DNA of 64,000 bases from the human T2T-CHM13v2.0 reference genome, Homo sapiens: assembly GCF_009914755.1 (NCBI RefSeq), contig NC_060948.1; one strand, written 5' to 3'. Below are positions 13,601 to 27,800 of this stretch, piece after piece. Made by a program: the position numbers and the translations under genes. Positions within the stretch are counted from its first letter, which is position 1; the number at the start of each line of letters is the position of its first letter. Under the pieces are notes generated by a model. That model did not search any database and was not told the origin of the DNA. It saw nothing but the letters and a program-made list of their open reading frames with translations.

Positions 13601-14215
13601 ATTGAATGGAATGGGAACGAATGGAGTGAAATTGTATGCAGTAGAAGAGAATAGAATGGAATGCAAGCGAAAGGAAAGGAATGGATTGGAATGGAATGGA
13701 ATTCATTGGAATGGAAGGGAATGTAGTGTAATGGACAGGCCTGGAATAAAGTGGAATGCTACGGTCTCGAATGGAATAAAAATGTATGGAATGGAATGCA
13801 ATGAAACGGAATCGAATGTCATAGAATGTAATGGAATGCAACAAAATGGAATCCAAAATCATTGACTGGAAAGGCTGGGTGTCGGAAGGAATTGACTCCA
13901 ATGGAATGGAATCGAATGGAATGGAAGTGAATAGAATCGAACTAAATCGAATGGAATGGAATTGATAGGAACGGAATGGAGAGGAATGCAATGATTTGGC
14001 ATGGAATGCAATCGAATGGCATCGAATGGAATGGAATGGAATGCAATGGAATGGAACGTATTAGAATGTAATGAACTTTAATGGAATGTACTCGAATGGA
14101 TTCGACTGGAATGGAATGTTCTGGAAGTGAATGGACTCCAATGGAATGGATTCAAAAGGAATGGAATCGTACGGAATGGAATCTAATGGAATGGAATTAA
14201 ATGGAAATGAATCAA
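10677..14215. repeat. DYZ1 monomer U4 (3539 bp)
   Basis: Landmark spacing; pentamer-multiple deletions near 11565, 12095 and 12250. Confidence 0.9.
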
Positions 14216-17200
14216 ATTGAATAGCACGGAATTGAATTGAATGGAATGGAATGCAATGGAATCTAATGAAACGGAAAGGAAAGGAATGGAATGGAATGGA
14301 ATGGGCTGGAATGGAAAGGAATCGAAACGAATGGAATGGAATCGAACTGAAGAGACTGGAATGGAATGCACTGGAATGGAAGGGAGTGTAATGGAAGGTT
14401 CTCGAAAAAAATGGAATCGAATGGAATGGAATTGAATGGAACGGAATAGAGTCGAATGGAATTGAATGGAATGGAATGGACTAGAGTGAAATGGAATCGA
14501 ACCACAAGGAATGGACAGGAATAGAATGGTCTCGAATTGAATGGAATCGTATGGAATGGCATCAAACGGAATGGAATGGACAGCCACGGAATGGAATGCA
14601 CTCGAATGCAATGGAGTCGAAACTAATGGACTGGAATAGAATGGACTCGACTGGTACGGACTCCAATGGAATGGAATCGAATGGAAGGGAATCGAACGGA
14701 ATGGACTCGAAGGGAAAAGACTGCAATGGAAAGGTCTCGAATGGAATGGAAATTAATGGAATGGAATGGAATCGAATGAAATGGAGTCAAAAGGAATGGA
14801 ATCGAATGGCAAGAAATCGAATGTAATGGAATCGCAAGGAATTGATGTGAACGGAACGGAATGGAATGGAATCCAAAGGAATGGAATAGAATGGAATGGA
14901 ATCGAATGGAAAGGACTCGAATGGAAATCACTCGAATAGAATGCAATTTAATAAAATAGGATCAAATGTAATGGAATGGAATGGAAAGGAATCGAAACGA
15001 AAGGAATGGAGACAGATGGAATGGAATGGAACAGAGAGCAATGGTATAGAATGGAATGGAATCATCTGGAATGGAATTGAATGGAATGGAATAATATGAA
15101 ATGGAATGGAATGGAATGGAATGCCCTTGAATTAAATGGACTGGAATGGAATGGACTCGAACAGAGTGGAATGGAAAGTGTTGAGATAGAATGGAATGGA
15201 CTCGTTTGGAATGGTCTAGTATGCAATGCAATCGACTGGCAGGGAATCAAAAGGAATGTAATGGAATGGATTGGACTGGAATGCAATGGACTCGAATAGA
15301 TTGGAAACGGAATGCAAAGGAATGGAATGGAATAGTATGGAATGGAATGGAAAGGAATGCAGTGGAATAGACTAGAGTGGAATGGAATGGACTGGAAAGC
15401 AATGGACTGGAATGGAACTTTATTGAATGGACTGGAATCAAACGGAATGGAATGCAATGCAATCAAATGGCATGGAATAAAATAGAATGAAAGAGAATCA
15501 AATGGAATTGAATCGAATGGAATCGAATGGATTGGAAAGGAATAGAATGGAATGGAATGGAATTGACTCAAATGGAATGGACTAGAATGGAATGGATTCG
15601 AATGGAAGGCAAAGGAATGGAATCTATTGGAATGGACTGTAATGGAATGGAATGGAAGGGATTGGAATGGACTCGAATGGAATGGACTGCAATAGAAAGG
15701 ATTCGAATGGAATGAAAAAGAATTGAATGGAATAGAACAGAATGGAATCAAATCGAATGAAATGGAATGGAATAGAAAGGAATGGAATGAAATGGAATGG
15801 AAAGGATTCGAATGGAATGCAATCGAATGGAATGGAATCGAACGGAATGGAATAAAATGGAAGAAAACTGGCAAGAAATGGAATCGAAATGAATGGAGTG
15901 TTATGGAACGGACTCAAAAGGAATTGAATGTAATAGAATGGAGTGGAGTGGACTCGAATATAATGGACTGGAATGGAATGAAATCACATGGAATGGGAAC
16001 GAATGGAATGGAATGGAAAGGAATGGAATCGAATGGAAAGGAATCGAATGGAAGGGAATGAAATTGAATCAACAGGAATGGAAGGGAATAGAATAGACGG
16101 TAATGGAATGGACTCGAATAGAATGGACACGAATGCTCAAATTGAATGGACTCGAATGGAATGGAAACGAAAGGAATGTCATCGAATGGAATTGAATCGA
16201 TTGGAATGAAATCGCATAGAATGGAGTGGAATCAAATGGAATTGAATCGAAAGGAAAGGAAGCGAATGGACTGAAATGAAATGGAATGGAATTGAATGGA
16301 AAGTAATGCAATGGAATAGAATGGAACGAAATTTCACGGAATGGAATCAAACTGAATGGAATCAAACCAATGGAATCAAATCAAATGGAATGGAAAGGAA
16401 TTGAATGGAGTAGATTGGATTGGATGGGATTGGAATGAAATGTACTGGAAAGGACTCGAATTTCATGAAACGGAATGGAATGAATTGGAACGGAACGGAC
16501 TCGAATGGAATGGAATGTCATGGAATGGCATCAAATGGAATGGCATCAAATGGAATGGAATCGAATGCAATGGAATGCTATGGAATGGAATGGAATGCAT
16601 TTTAATGGAATGTCCTCTAATGGAATGGATTCGAGTGGAATGGAATCGAATATAATGGAGTCGAATGAAATGGAATTGAAAGGAATGGGATCGAATACAA
16701 TGGAATATACTGGAATGTAATGTAATGAACTCGAATGTAATTGACTGGAATGGAATGTACATGAATGGAATGTAATCGAATGGAAAGTAATCCAATGGAA
16801 TAGAATCTAATGCAATAAAATCGACTCAGATAGAGTAGAATGTAATGGAATGGAGTGCAGTGCAATGGAATGGAATGGAATGGAATGCAATGGAATGGAA
16901 TGGAATGGAATGGAATGGAATGGAATGGTGTGGAATGGATAGTAATGGACTGGAGTGAAATGGACTGGAAAGGAATGGACTCAAATTGAATGGGCTCGAA
17001 AGGAATGGAGTCAAATGGAATGGTCTGGAATGGAATGAACACGAATGTAATGCAATCCAATAGAATGGAATCGAATGGCATGGAATATAAAGAAATGGAA
17101 TCGAAGAGAATGGAAACAAATGGAATGGAATTGAGTGGAATGGAATTGAATGGAATGGGAACGAATGGAGTGAAATTGTATGCAGTAGAAGAGAATAGAA

Positions 17201-17759
17201 TGGAATGCAAGCGAAAGGAAAGGAATGGATTGGAATGGAATGGAATTCATTGGAATGGAAGGGAATGTAGTGTAATGGACAGGCCTGGAATAAAGTGGAA
17301 TGCTACGGTCTCGAATGGAATAAAAATGTATGGAATGGAATGCAATGAAACGGAATCGAATGTCATAGAATGTAATGGAATGCAAAAAAATGGAATCCAA
17401 AATCATTGACTGGAAAGGCTGGGTGTCGAAAGGAATTGACTCCAATGGAATGGAATCGAATGGAATGGAAGTGAATAGAATCGAACTAAATCGAATGGAA
17501 TGGAATTGATAGGAACGGAATGGAAAGGAATGCAATGATTTGGCATGGAATGGAATCGAATGGCATCGAATGGAATGGAATGGAATGCAATGGAATGGAA
17601 TGTATTAGAATGTAATGAACTTTAATGGAATGTACTCGAATGGATTCGACTGGAATGGAATGTTCTGGAAGTGAATGGACTCCAATGGAATGGATTCAAA
17701 AGGAATGGAATCGTACGGAATGGAATCTAATGGAATGGAATTAAATGGAAATGAATCAA
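14216..17759. repeat. DYZ1 monomer U5 (3544 bp)
   Basis: Landmark spacing. Confidence 0.9.
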
Positions 17760-20700
17760 ATTGAATAGCACGGAATTGAATTGAATGGAATGGAATGCAA
17801 TGGAATCTAATGAAACGGAAAGGAAAGGAATGGAATGGAATGGAATGGGCTGGAATGGAAAGGAATCGAAATGAATGGAATGGAATCGAACTGAAGAGAC
17901 TGGAATGGAATGCACTGGAATGGAAGGGAGTGTAATGGAAGGTTCTCGAAAAAAATGGAATGGAATGGAATGGAATTGAATGGAACGGAATAGAGTCGAA
18001 TGGAATTGAATGGAATGGAATGGACTAGAGTGAAATGGAATCGAACCACAAGGAATGGACAGGAATAGAATGGTCTCGAATTGAATGGAATCGTATGGAA
18101 TGGCATCAAACGGAATGGAATGGACAGCCACGGAATAGAATGCACTCGAATGCAATGGAGTCGAAACTAATGGACTGGAATAGAATGGACTCGACTGGTA
18201 CGGACTCCAATGGAATGGAATCGAATGGAAGGGAATCGAACGGAATGGACTCGAAGGGACCAGACTGCAATGGAAAGGTCTCGAATGGAATGGAAATTAA
18301 TGGAATGGAATGGAATCGAATGAAATGGAGTCAAAAGGAATGGAATCGAATGGCAAGAAATCGAATGTAATGGAATCGCAAGGAATTGATGTGAACGGAA
18401 CGGAATGGAATGGAATCCAAAGGAATGGAATAGAATGGAATGGAATCGAATGGAAAGGACTCGAATGGAAATCACTCGAATAGAATGCAATTTAATAAAA
18501 TAGGATCAAATGTAATGGAATGGAATGGAAAGGAATCGAAACGAAAGGAATGGAGACAGATGGAATGGAATGGAACAGAGAGCAATGGTATAGAATGGAA
18601 TGGAATCATCTGGAATGGAATTGAATGGAATGGAATAATATGAAATGGAATGGAATGGAATGGAATGGAATGCCCTTGAATTAAATGGACTGGAATGGAA
18701 TGGACTCGAACAGAGTGGAATGGAAAGTGTTGAGATAGAATGGAATGGACTCGTTTGGAATGGTCTAGTATGCAATGCAATCGACTGGCAGGGAATCAAA
18801 AGGAATGTAATGGAAAGGATTGGACTGGAATGCAATGGACTCGAATAGATTGGAAACGGAATGCAAAGGAATGGAATGGAATAGTATGGAATGGAATGGA
18901 AAGGAATGGAGTGGAATAGACTAGAGTGGAATGGAATGGACTGGAAAGCAATAGACTGGAATGGAACTTTCTTGAATGGACTGGAATCAAACGGAATGGA
19001 ATGCAATGCAATCAAATGGCATGGAATAAAATAGAATGAAAGAGAATCAAATGGAATTGAATCGAATGGAATCGAATGGATTGGAAAGGAATAGAATGGA
19101 ATGGAATGGAATTGACTCAAATGGAATGGACTAGAATGGAATGGATTCGAATGGAAGGCAAAGGAATGGAATCTATTGGAATGGACTGTAATGGAATGGA
19201 ATGGAAGGGATTGGAATGGACTCGAATGGAATGGACTGCAATAGAAAGGATTCGAATGGAATGAAAAAGAATTGAATGGAATAGAACAGAATGGAATCAA
19301 ATCGAATGAAATGGAATGGAATAGAAAGGAATGGAATGAAATGGAATGGAAAGGATTCGAATGGAATGCAATCGAATGGAATGGAATCGAACGGAATGGA
19401 ATAAAATGGAAGAAAACTGGCAAGAAATGGAATCGAAATGAATGGAGTGTTATGGAACGGACTCAAAAGGAATTGAATGTAATAGAATGGAGTGGAGTGG
19501 ACTCGAATATAATGGACTGGAAGAATGGAATGAAATCACATGGAATGGGAACGAATGGAATGGAATGGAAAGGAATGGAATCGAATGGAAAGGAATCGAA
19601 TGGAAGGGAATGAAATTGAATCAACACGAATGGAAGGGAATAGAATAGACTGTAATGGAATGGACTCGAATAGAATGGACACGAATGCTCAAATTGAATG
19701 GACTCGAATGGAATGGAAACGAAAGGAATGTCATCGAATGGAATTGAATCGATTGGAATGAAATCGCATAGAATGGAGTGGAATCAAATGGAATTGAATC
19801 GAAAGGAAAGGAAGCGAATGGACTGAAATGAAATGGAATGGAATTGAATGGAAAGTAATGCAATGGAATAGAATGGAACGAAATTTCACGGAATGGAATC
19901 AAACTGAATGGAATCAAATCAATGGAATCAAATCAAATGGAATGGAGTAGATTGGATTGGATGGGATTGGAATGAAATGTACTGGAAAGGACTCGAATTT
20001 CATGAAACGGAATGGAATGAATTGGAACGGAATGGACTCGAATGGAATGGAATGTCATAGAATGGCATCAAATGGAATGGCATCAAATGGAATGGAATCG
20101 AATGCAATGGAATGCTATGGAATGGAATGGAATGCATTGGAATGGAATGTCCTCTAATGGAATGGATTCGAGTGGAATGGAATCGAATATAATGGAGTCG
20201 AATGAAATGGAATTGAAAGGAATGGGATCGAATACAATGGAATATACTGGAATGTAATGTAATGAACTCGAATGTAATTGACTGGAATGGAATGTACATG
20301 AATGGAATGTAATCGAATGGAAAGTAATCCAATGGAATAGAATCTAATGCAATAAAATCGACTCAGATAGTGTAGAATGTAATGGAATGGAGTGCAGTGC
20401 AATGGAATGGAATGGAATGGAATGCAATGGAATGGAATGGAATGGAATGGAATGGAATGGAATGGAATGGGATGGAATGGTATGGAATGGATAGTAATGG
20501 ACTGGAGTGAAATGGACTGGAAAGGAATGGACTCAAATTGAAAGGGCTCGAAAGGAATGGAGTCAAATGGAATGGTCTGGAATGGAATGAACACGAATGT
20601 AATGCAATCCAATAGAATGGAATCGAATGGCATGGAATATAAAGAAATGGAATCGAAGAGAATGGAAACAAATGGAATGGAATTGAATGGAATGGAATTG

Positions 20701-21311
20701 AATGGAATGGGAACGAATGGAGTGAAATTGTATGCAGTAGAAGGCAATAGAATGGAATGCAACCGAAAGGAAAGGAATGGATTGGAATGGAATGGAATTC
20801 ATTGGAGTGGAAGGGAATGTAGTGTAATGGACAGGCCTGGAATAAAGTGGAATGCTACGGTCTCGAATGGAATAAAAATGTATGGAATGGAATGCAATGA
20901 AACGGATTCGAATGTCATAGAATGTAATGGAATGCAAAAAAATGGAATCCAAAATCATTGAATGGAAAGGCTGGGTGTCGAAAGGAATTGACTCCAATGG
21001 AATGGAATCGAATGGAATGGAAGTGAATAGAATCGAACTAAATCGAATGGAATGGAATTGATAGGAACGGAATGGAAAGGAATGCAATGATTTGGCATGG
21101 AATGGAATCGAATGGCATCGAATGGAATGGAATGGAATGCAATGGAATGGAATGTATTAGAATGTAATGAACATTAGTGGAATGTACTCGAATGGATTCG
21201 ACTGGAATGGAATGTTCTGGAAGTGAATGGACTCCAATGGAATGGATTCGAAAGGAATGGAATCGAACGGAATGGAATCTAATGGAATGGAATTAAATGG
21301 AAATGAATCAA
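17760..21311. repeat. DYZ1 monomer U6 (3552 bp)
   Basis: Landmark spacing; 3-bp insertion near 19521; 15-bp deletion near 19940. Confidence 0.9.
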
Positions 21312-24300
21312 ATTGAATAGCACGGAACTGAATTGAATGGAATCGAATGCAATGGAATCTAATGAAACGGAAAGGAAAGAATGGAATGGAATAGAATGGG
21401 CTGGAATGGAAAGGAATCGAAACGAATGGAATGGAATCGAACTGAAGAGACTGGAATGGAATGCACTGGAATGGAAGGGAGTGTAATGGAAGGTTCTCGA
21501 AAAAAATGGAATCGAATGGAATGGAATTGAATGGAACGGAATAGAGTCGAATGGAATTGAATGGAATGGAATGGACTAGAGTGAAATGGAATCGAACCAC
21601 AAGGAATGGACAGGAATAGAATGGTCTCGAATTGAATGGAATCGTATGGAATGGCATCAAACGGAATGGAATGGACAGCCACGGAATGGAATGCACTCGA
21701 ATGCAATGGAGTCGAAACTAATGGACTGGAATAGAATGGACTCGACTGGTACGGACTCCAATGGAATGGAATCGAATGGAAGGGAATCGAACGGAAGGGA
21801 ATCGAACGGAATGGACTCGAAGGGAAAAGACTGCAATGGAAAGGTCTCGAATGGAATGGAAATTAATGGAATGGAATGGAATCGAATGAAATGGAGTCAA
21901 AAGGAATGGAATCGAATGGCAAGAAATCGAATGTAATGGAATCGCCAGGAATTGATGTGAACGGAACGGAATGGAATGGAATCCAAAGGAATGGAATAGA
22001 ATGGAATGGAATCGAATGGAAAGGACTCGAATGGAAATCACTCGAATAGAATGCAATTTAATAAAATAGGATCAAATGTAATGGAATGGAATGGAAAGGA
22101 ATCGAAACGAAAGGAATGGAGACAGATGGAATGGAATGGAACAGAGAGCAATGGTATAGAATGGAATGGAATCATCTGGAATGGAATTGAATGGAATGGA
22201 ATAATATGAAATGGAATGGAATGGAATGGAATGGAATGCCCTTGAATTAAATGGACTGGACTCGAACAGAGTGGAATGGAAAGTGTTGAGATAGAATGGA
22301 ATGGACTCCTTTGGAATGGTGTAGTATGCAATGCAATCGACTGGCAGGGAATCAAAAGGAATGTAATCGAATGGATTGGACTGGAATGCAATGGACTCGA
22401 ATAGATTGGAAACGGAATGCAAAGGATTGGAATGGAATAGTATGGAATGCAATGGAAGGGAATGGAGTGGAATAGACTAGAGTGGAATGGAATGGACTGG
22501 AAAGCAATGGACTGGAATGGAACTTTCTTGGATGGATTGGAATCAAACGGAATGGAATGCAATGCAATCAAATGGCATGGAATAAAATAGAATGAAAGAG
22601 AATCAAATGGAATTGAATCAAATGGAATCGAATGGATTGGAAAGGAATAGAATGGAATGGAATGGAATTGACTCAAATGGAATGGACTAGAATGGAATGG
22701 ATTCGAATGGAAGGCAAAGGAATGGAATCTATTGGAATGGACTGTAATGGAATGGAATGGAAGGGATTGGAATGGACTCGAATGGAATGGACTGCAATAG
22801 AAAGGATTCGAATGGAATGAAAAAGAATTGAATGGAATAGAACAGAATGGAATCAAATCGAATGAAATGGAATGGAATAGAAAGGAATGGAATGAAATGG
22901 AATGGAAAGGATTCGAATGGAATGCAATCGAATGGAATGGAATCGAACGGAATGGAATAAAATGGAAGAAAACTGGCAAGAAATGGAATCGAAATGAATG
23001 GAGTGTTATGGAACGGACTCAAAAGGAATTGAATGTAATAGAATGGAGTGGAGTGGACTCGAATATAATGGACTGGAATGGAATGAAATCACACGGAATG
23101 GGAACGAATGGAATGGAATGGAAAGGAATGGAATTGAATGAAAAGGAATCGAATGGAAGGGAATGAAATTGAATCAACAGGAATGGAAGGGAATAGAATA
23201 GACTGTAATGCAATGGACTCGAATAGAATGGACACGAATGCTCAAATTAAATGGACTCGAATGGAATGGAAACGAAAGGAATGTCATCGAATGGAATTGA
23301 ATCGATTGGAATGAAATCGCATAGAATGGAGTGGAATCAAATGGAATTGAATCGAAAGGAAAGGAAGCGAATGGACTGAAATGAAATGGAATGGAATTGA
23401 ATGGAAAGTAATGCAATGGAATAGAATGGAACGAAATTTCACGGAATGGAATCAAACTGAATGGAATCAAATCAATGGAATCAAATCAAATGGAATGGAA
23501 AGGAATTGAATGGAGTAGATGGGATTGGATGGGATTGGAATGAAATGTACTGGAAAGGACTCGAATTTCATGAAACGGAATGGAATGAATTGGAACGGAA
23601 TGGACTCGAATGGAATGGAATGTCATGGGATGGCATCAAATGGAATGGCATCAAATGGAATGGAATGGAATGCAATGGAATGCTATGGAATGGAATGGAA
23701 TGCATTGGAATGGAATGTCCTCTAATGGAATGGATTCGAGTGGAATGGAATTGAATATAATGGAGTCGAATGAAATGGAATTGAAAGGAATGGGATCGAA
23801 TAAAATGGAATATACTGGAATGTAACGTAATGAACTCGAATGTAATTGACTGGAATGGAATGTACATGAATGGAATGTAATCGAATGGAAAGTAATCCAA
23901 TGGAATAGAATCTAATGCAATAAAATCGACTCAGATAGAGTAGAATGTAATGGAATGGAGTGCAGTGCAATAGAATGGAATGCAATGGAATGGAATGGAA
24001 TGGAATGGAATGGAATGTAATGGAATGGGATGGAATGGTATGGAATGGATAGTAATGGACTGGAAAGGAATGGACTGGAAAGGAATGGACTCAAATTGAA
24101 AGGTCTCGAAAGGAATGGAGTCAAATGGAATGGTCTGGAATGGAATGAACACGAATGTAATGCAACCCAATAGAATGGAATCGAATGGCATGGAATATAA
24201 AGAAATGGAATCGAAGAGAATGGAAACAAATGGAATGGAATTGAATGGAATGGAATTGAATGGAATGGGAACGAATGGAGTGAAATTGTATGCAGTAGAA

Positions 24301-24869
24301 GAGAATAGAATGGAATGCAAGCGAAAGGAAAGGAATGGATTGGAATGGAATGGAATTCATTGGAATGGAAGGGAATGTAGTGTAATGGACAGGCCTGGAA
24401 TAAAGTGGAATGCTACGGTCTCGAATGGAATAAAAATGTATGGAATGGAATGCAATGAAACGGAATCGAATGTCATAGAATGTAATGGAATGCAAAAAAA
24501 TGGAATCCAAAATCATTGACTGGAAAGGCTGGGTGTCGAAAGGAATTGACTCCAATGGAATGGAATCGAATGGAATGGAAGTGAATAGAATCGAACTAAA
24601 TCGAATGGAATGGAATTGATAGGAACGGAATGGAAAGGAATGCAATGATTTGGCATGGAATGGAATCGAATGGCATCGAATGGAATGGAATGGAATGCAA
24701 TGGAATGGAATGTATTAGAATGTAATGAACTTTAATGGAATGTACTCGAATGGATTCGACTGGAATGGAATGTTCTGGAAGTGAATGGACTCCAATGGAA
24801 TGGATTCAAAAGGAATGGAATCGTACGGAATGGAATCTAATGGAATGGAATTAAATGGAAATGAATCAA
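21312..24869. repeat. DYZ1 monomer U7 (3558 bp)
   Basis: Landmark spacing; 1-bp deletion near 21379; 15-bp duplication near 21790; 10-bp deletion near 22258. Confidence 0.9.
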
Positions 24870-27800
24870 ATTGAATAGCACGGAATTGAATTGAATGGAA
24901 TGGAATGCAATGGAATCTAATGAAACGGAAAGGAAAGGAATGGAATGGAATGGAATGGGCTGGAATGGAAAGGAATCGAAACGAATGGAATGGAATCGAA
25001 CTGAAGAGACTGGAATGGAATGCACTGGAATGGAAGGGAGTGTAATGGAAGGTTCTCGAAAAAAATGGAATCGAATGGAATGGAATTGAATGGAACGGAA
25101 TAGAGTCGAATGGAATTGAATGGAATGGAATGGACTAGAGTGAAATGGAATCGAACCACAAGGAATGGACAGGAATAGAATGGTCTCGAATTGAATGGAA
25201 TCGTATGGAATGGCATCAAACGGAATGGAATGGACAGCCACGGAATGGAATGCACTCGAATGCAATGGAGTCGAAACTAATGGACTGGAATAGAATGGAC
25301 TCGACTGGTACGGACTCCAATGGAATGGAATCGAATGGAAGGGAATCGAACGGAAGGGAAACGAACGGAATGGACTCGAAGGGAAAAGACTGCAATGGAA
25401 AGGTCTCGAATGGAATGGAAATTAATGGAATGGAATAGAATCGAATGAAATGGAGTCAAAAGGAATGGAATCGAATGGCAAGAAATCGAATGTAATGGAA
25501 TCGCCAGGAATTGATGTGAACGGAACGGAATGGAATGGAATCCAAAGGAATGGAATAGAATGGAATGGAATCGAATGGAAAGGACTCGAATGGAAATCAC
25601 TCGAATAGAATGCAATTTAATAAAATAGGATCAAATGTAATGGAATGGAATGGAAAGGAATCGAAACGAAAGGAATGGAGACAGATGGAATGGAATGGAA
25701 CAGAGAGCAATGGTATAGAATGGAATGGAATCATCTGGAATGGAATTGAATGGAATGGAATAATATGAAATGGAATGGAATGGAATGGAATGGAATGCCC
25801 TTGAATTAAATGGACTAGAATGGAATGGACTCAAACAGAGTGGAATGGAAAGTGTGGAGATAGAATGGAATGAACTCCTTTGGAATGGTGTAGTATGCAA
25901 TGCAATCGACTGGCAGGGAATCAAAAGGTATGTAATCGAATGGATTGGACTGGAATGCAAAGGACACGAATAGATTGGAAACGGAATGCAAAGGAATGGA
26001 ATGGAATAGTATGGAATGCAATGGAAGGGAATGGATTGGAATAGACTAGAGTGGAATGGAATGGACTGGAAAGCAATGGACTGGAATGGAACTTTCTTGG
26101 ATGGACTGGAATCAAACGGAATGGAATGCAGTGTAATCAAATGGCATGGAATAAAATAGAATGAAAGAGAATCAAATGGAATTGAATCGAATGGAATCGA
26201 ATGGATTGGAAAGGAATAGAATGGAATGGAATGGAATTGACTCAAATGGAATGGACTAGAATGGAATGGATTCGAATGGAAGGCAAAGGAATGGAATCTA
26301 TTGGAATGGACTGTAATGGAATGGAATGGAAGGGATTGGAATGGACTCGAATGGAATGGACTGCAATAGAAAGGATTCGAATGGAATGAAAAAGAATTGA
26401 ATGGAATAGAACAGAATGGAATCAAATCGAATGAAATGGAATGGAATAGAAAGGAATGGAATGAAATGGAATGGAAAGGATTCGAATGGAATGCAATCGA
26501 ATGGAATGGAATCGAACGGAATGGAATAAAATGGAAGAAAACTGGCAAGAAATGGAATCGAAATGAATGGAGTGTTATGGAACGGACTCAAAAGGAATTG
26601 AATGTAATAGAATGGAGTGGAGTGGACTCGAATATAATGGACTGGAATGGAATGAAATCACATGGAATGGGAACGAATGGAATGGAATGGAAAGGAATGG
26701 AATCGAATGGAAAGGAATCGAATGGAAGGGAATGAAATTGAATCAACACGAATGGAAGGGAATAGAATAGACTGTAATGGAATGGACTCGAATAGAATGG
26801 ACACGAATGCTCAAATTAAATGGACTCGAATGGAATGGAAACGAAAGGAATGTCATCGAATGGAATTGAATCGATTGGAATGAAATCGCATAGAATGGAG
26901 TGGAATCAAATGGAATTGAATCGAAAGGAAAGGAAGCGAATGGACTGAAATGAAATGGAATGGAATTGAATGGAAAGTAATGCAATGGAATAGAATGGAA
27001 CGAAATTTCACGGAATGGAATCAAACTGAATGGAATCAAATCAATGGAATCAAATCAAATGGAATGGAAAGGAATTGAATGGAGTAGATGGGATTGGATG
27101 GGATTGGAATGAAATGTACTGGAAAGGACTCGAATTTCATGAAACGGAATGGAATGAATTGGAACGGAATGGACTCGAATGGAATGGAATGTCATGGGAT
27201 GGCATCAAATGGAATGACATCAAATGGAATGGAATCGAATGCAATGGAATGCTATGGAATGGAATGGAATGCATTGGAATGGAATGTCCGCTAATGGAAT
27301 GGATTCGAGTGGAATGGAATTGAATATAATGGAGTCGAATGAAATGGAATTGAAAGGAATGGGATCGAATACAATGGAATATACTGGAATGTAACGTAAT
27401 GAACTCGAATGTAATTGACTGGAATGGAATGTACATGAATGGAATGTAATCGAATGGAAAGTAATCCAATGGAATAGAATCTAATGCAATAAAATCGACT
27501 CAGATAGAGTAGAATGTAATGGAATGGAGTGCAGTGCAATGGAATGGAATGGAATGGAATGCAATGGAATGGAATGGAATGGAATGGAATGGAATGGAAT
27601 GGAATGGAATGGGATGGAATGGTATGGAATGGATAGTAATGGACTGGAGTGAAATGGACTGGAAAGGAATGGACTCAAATTGAAAGGGCTCGAAAGGAAT
27701 GGAGTCAAATGGAATGGTCTGGAATGGAATGAACACGAATGTAATGCAACCCAATAGAATGGAATCGAATGGCATGGAATATAAAGAAATGGAATCGAAG

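Noticed and set aside
25830-25840. CGA to CAA/TGA variants between units
   Set aside because: This is ordinary deamination of methylated CpG in heterochromatic satellite; it is expected and prone to recurrence.
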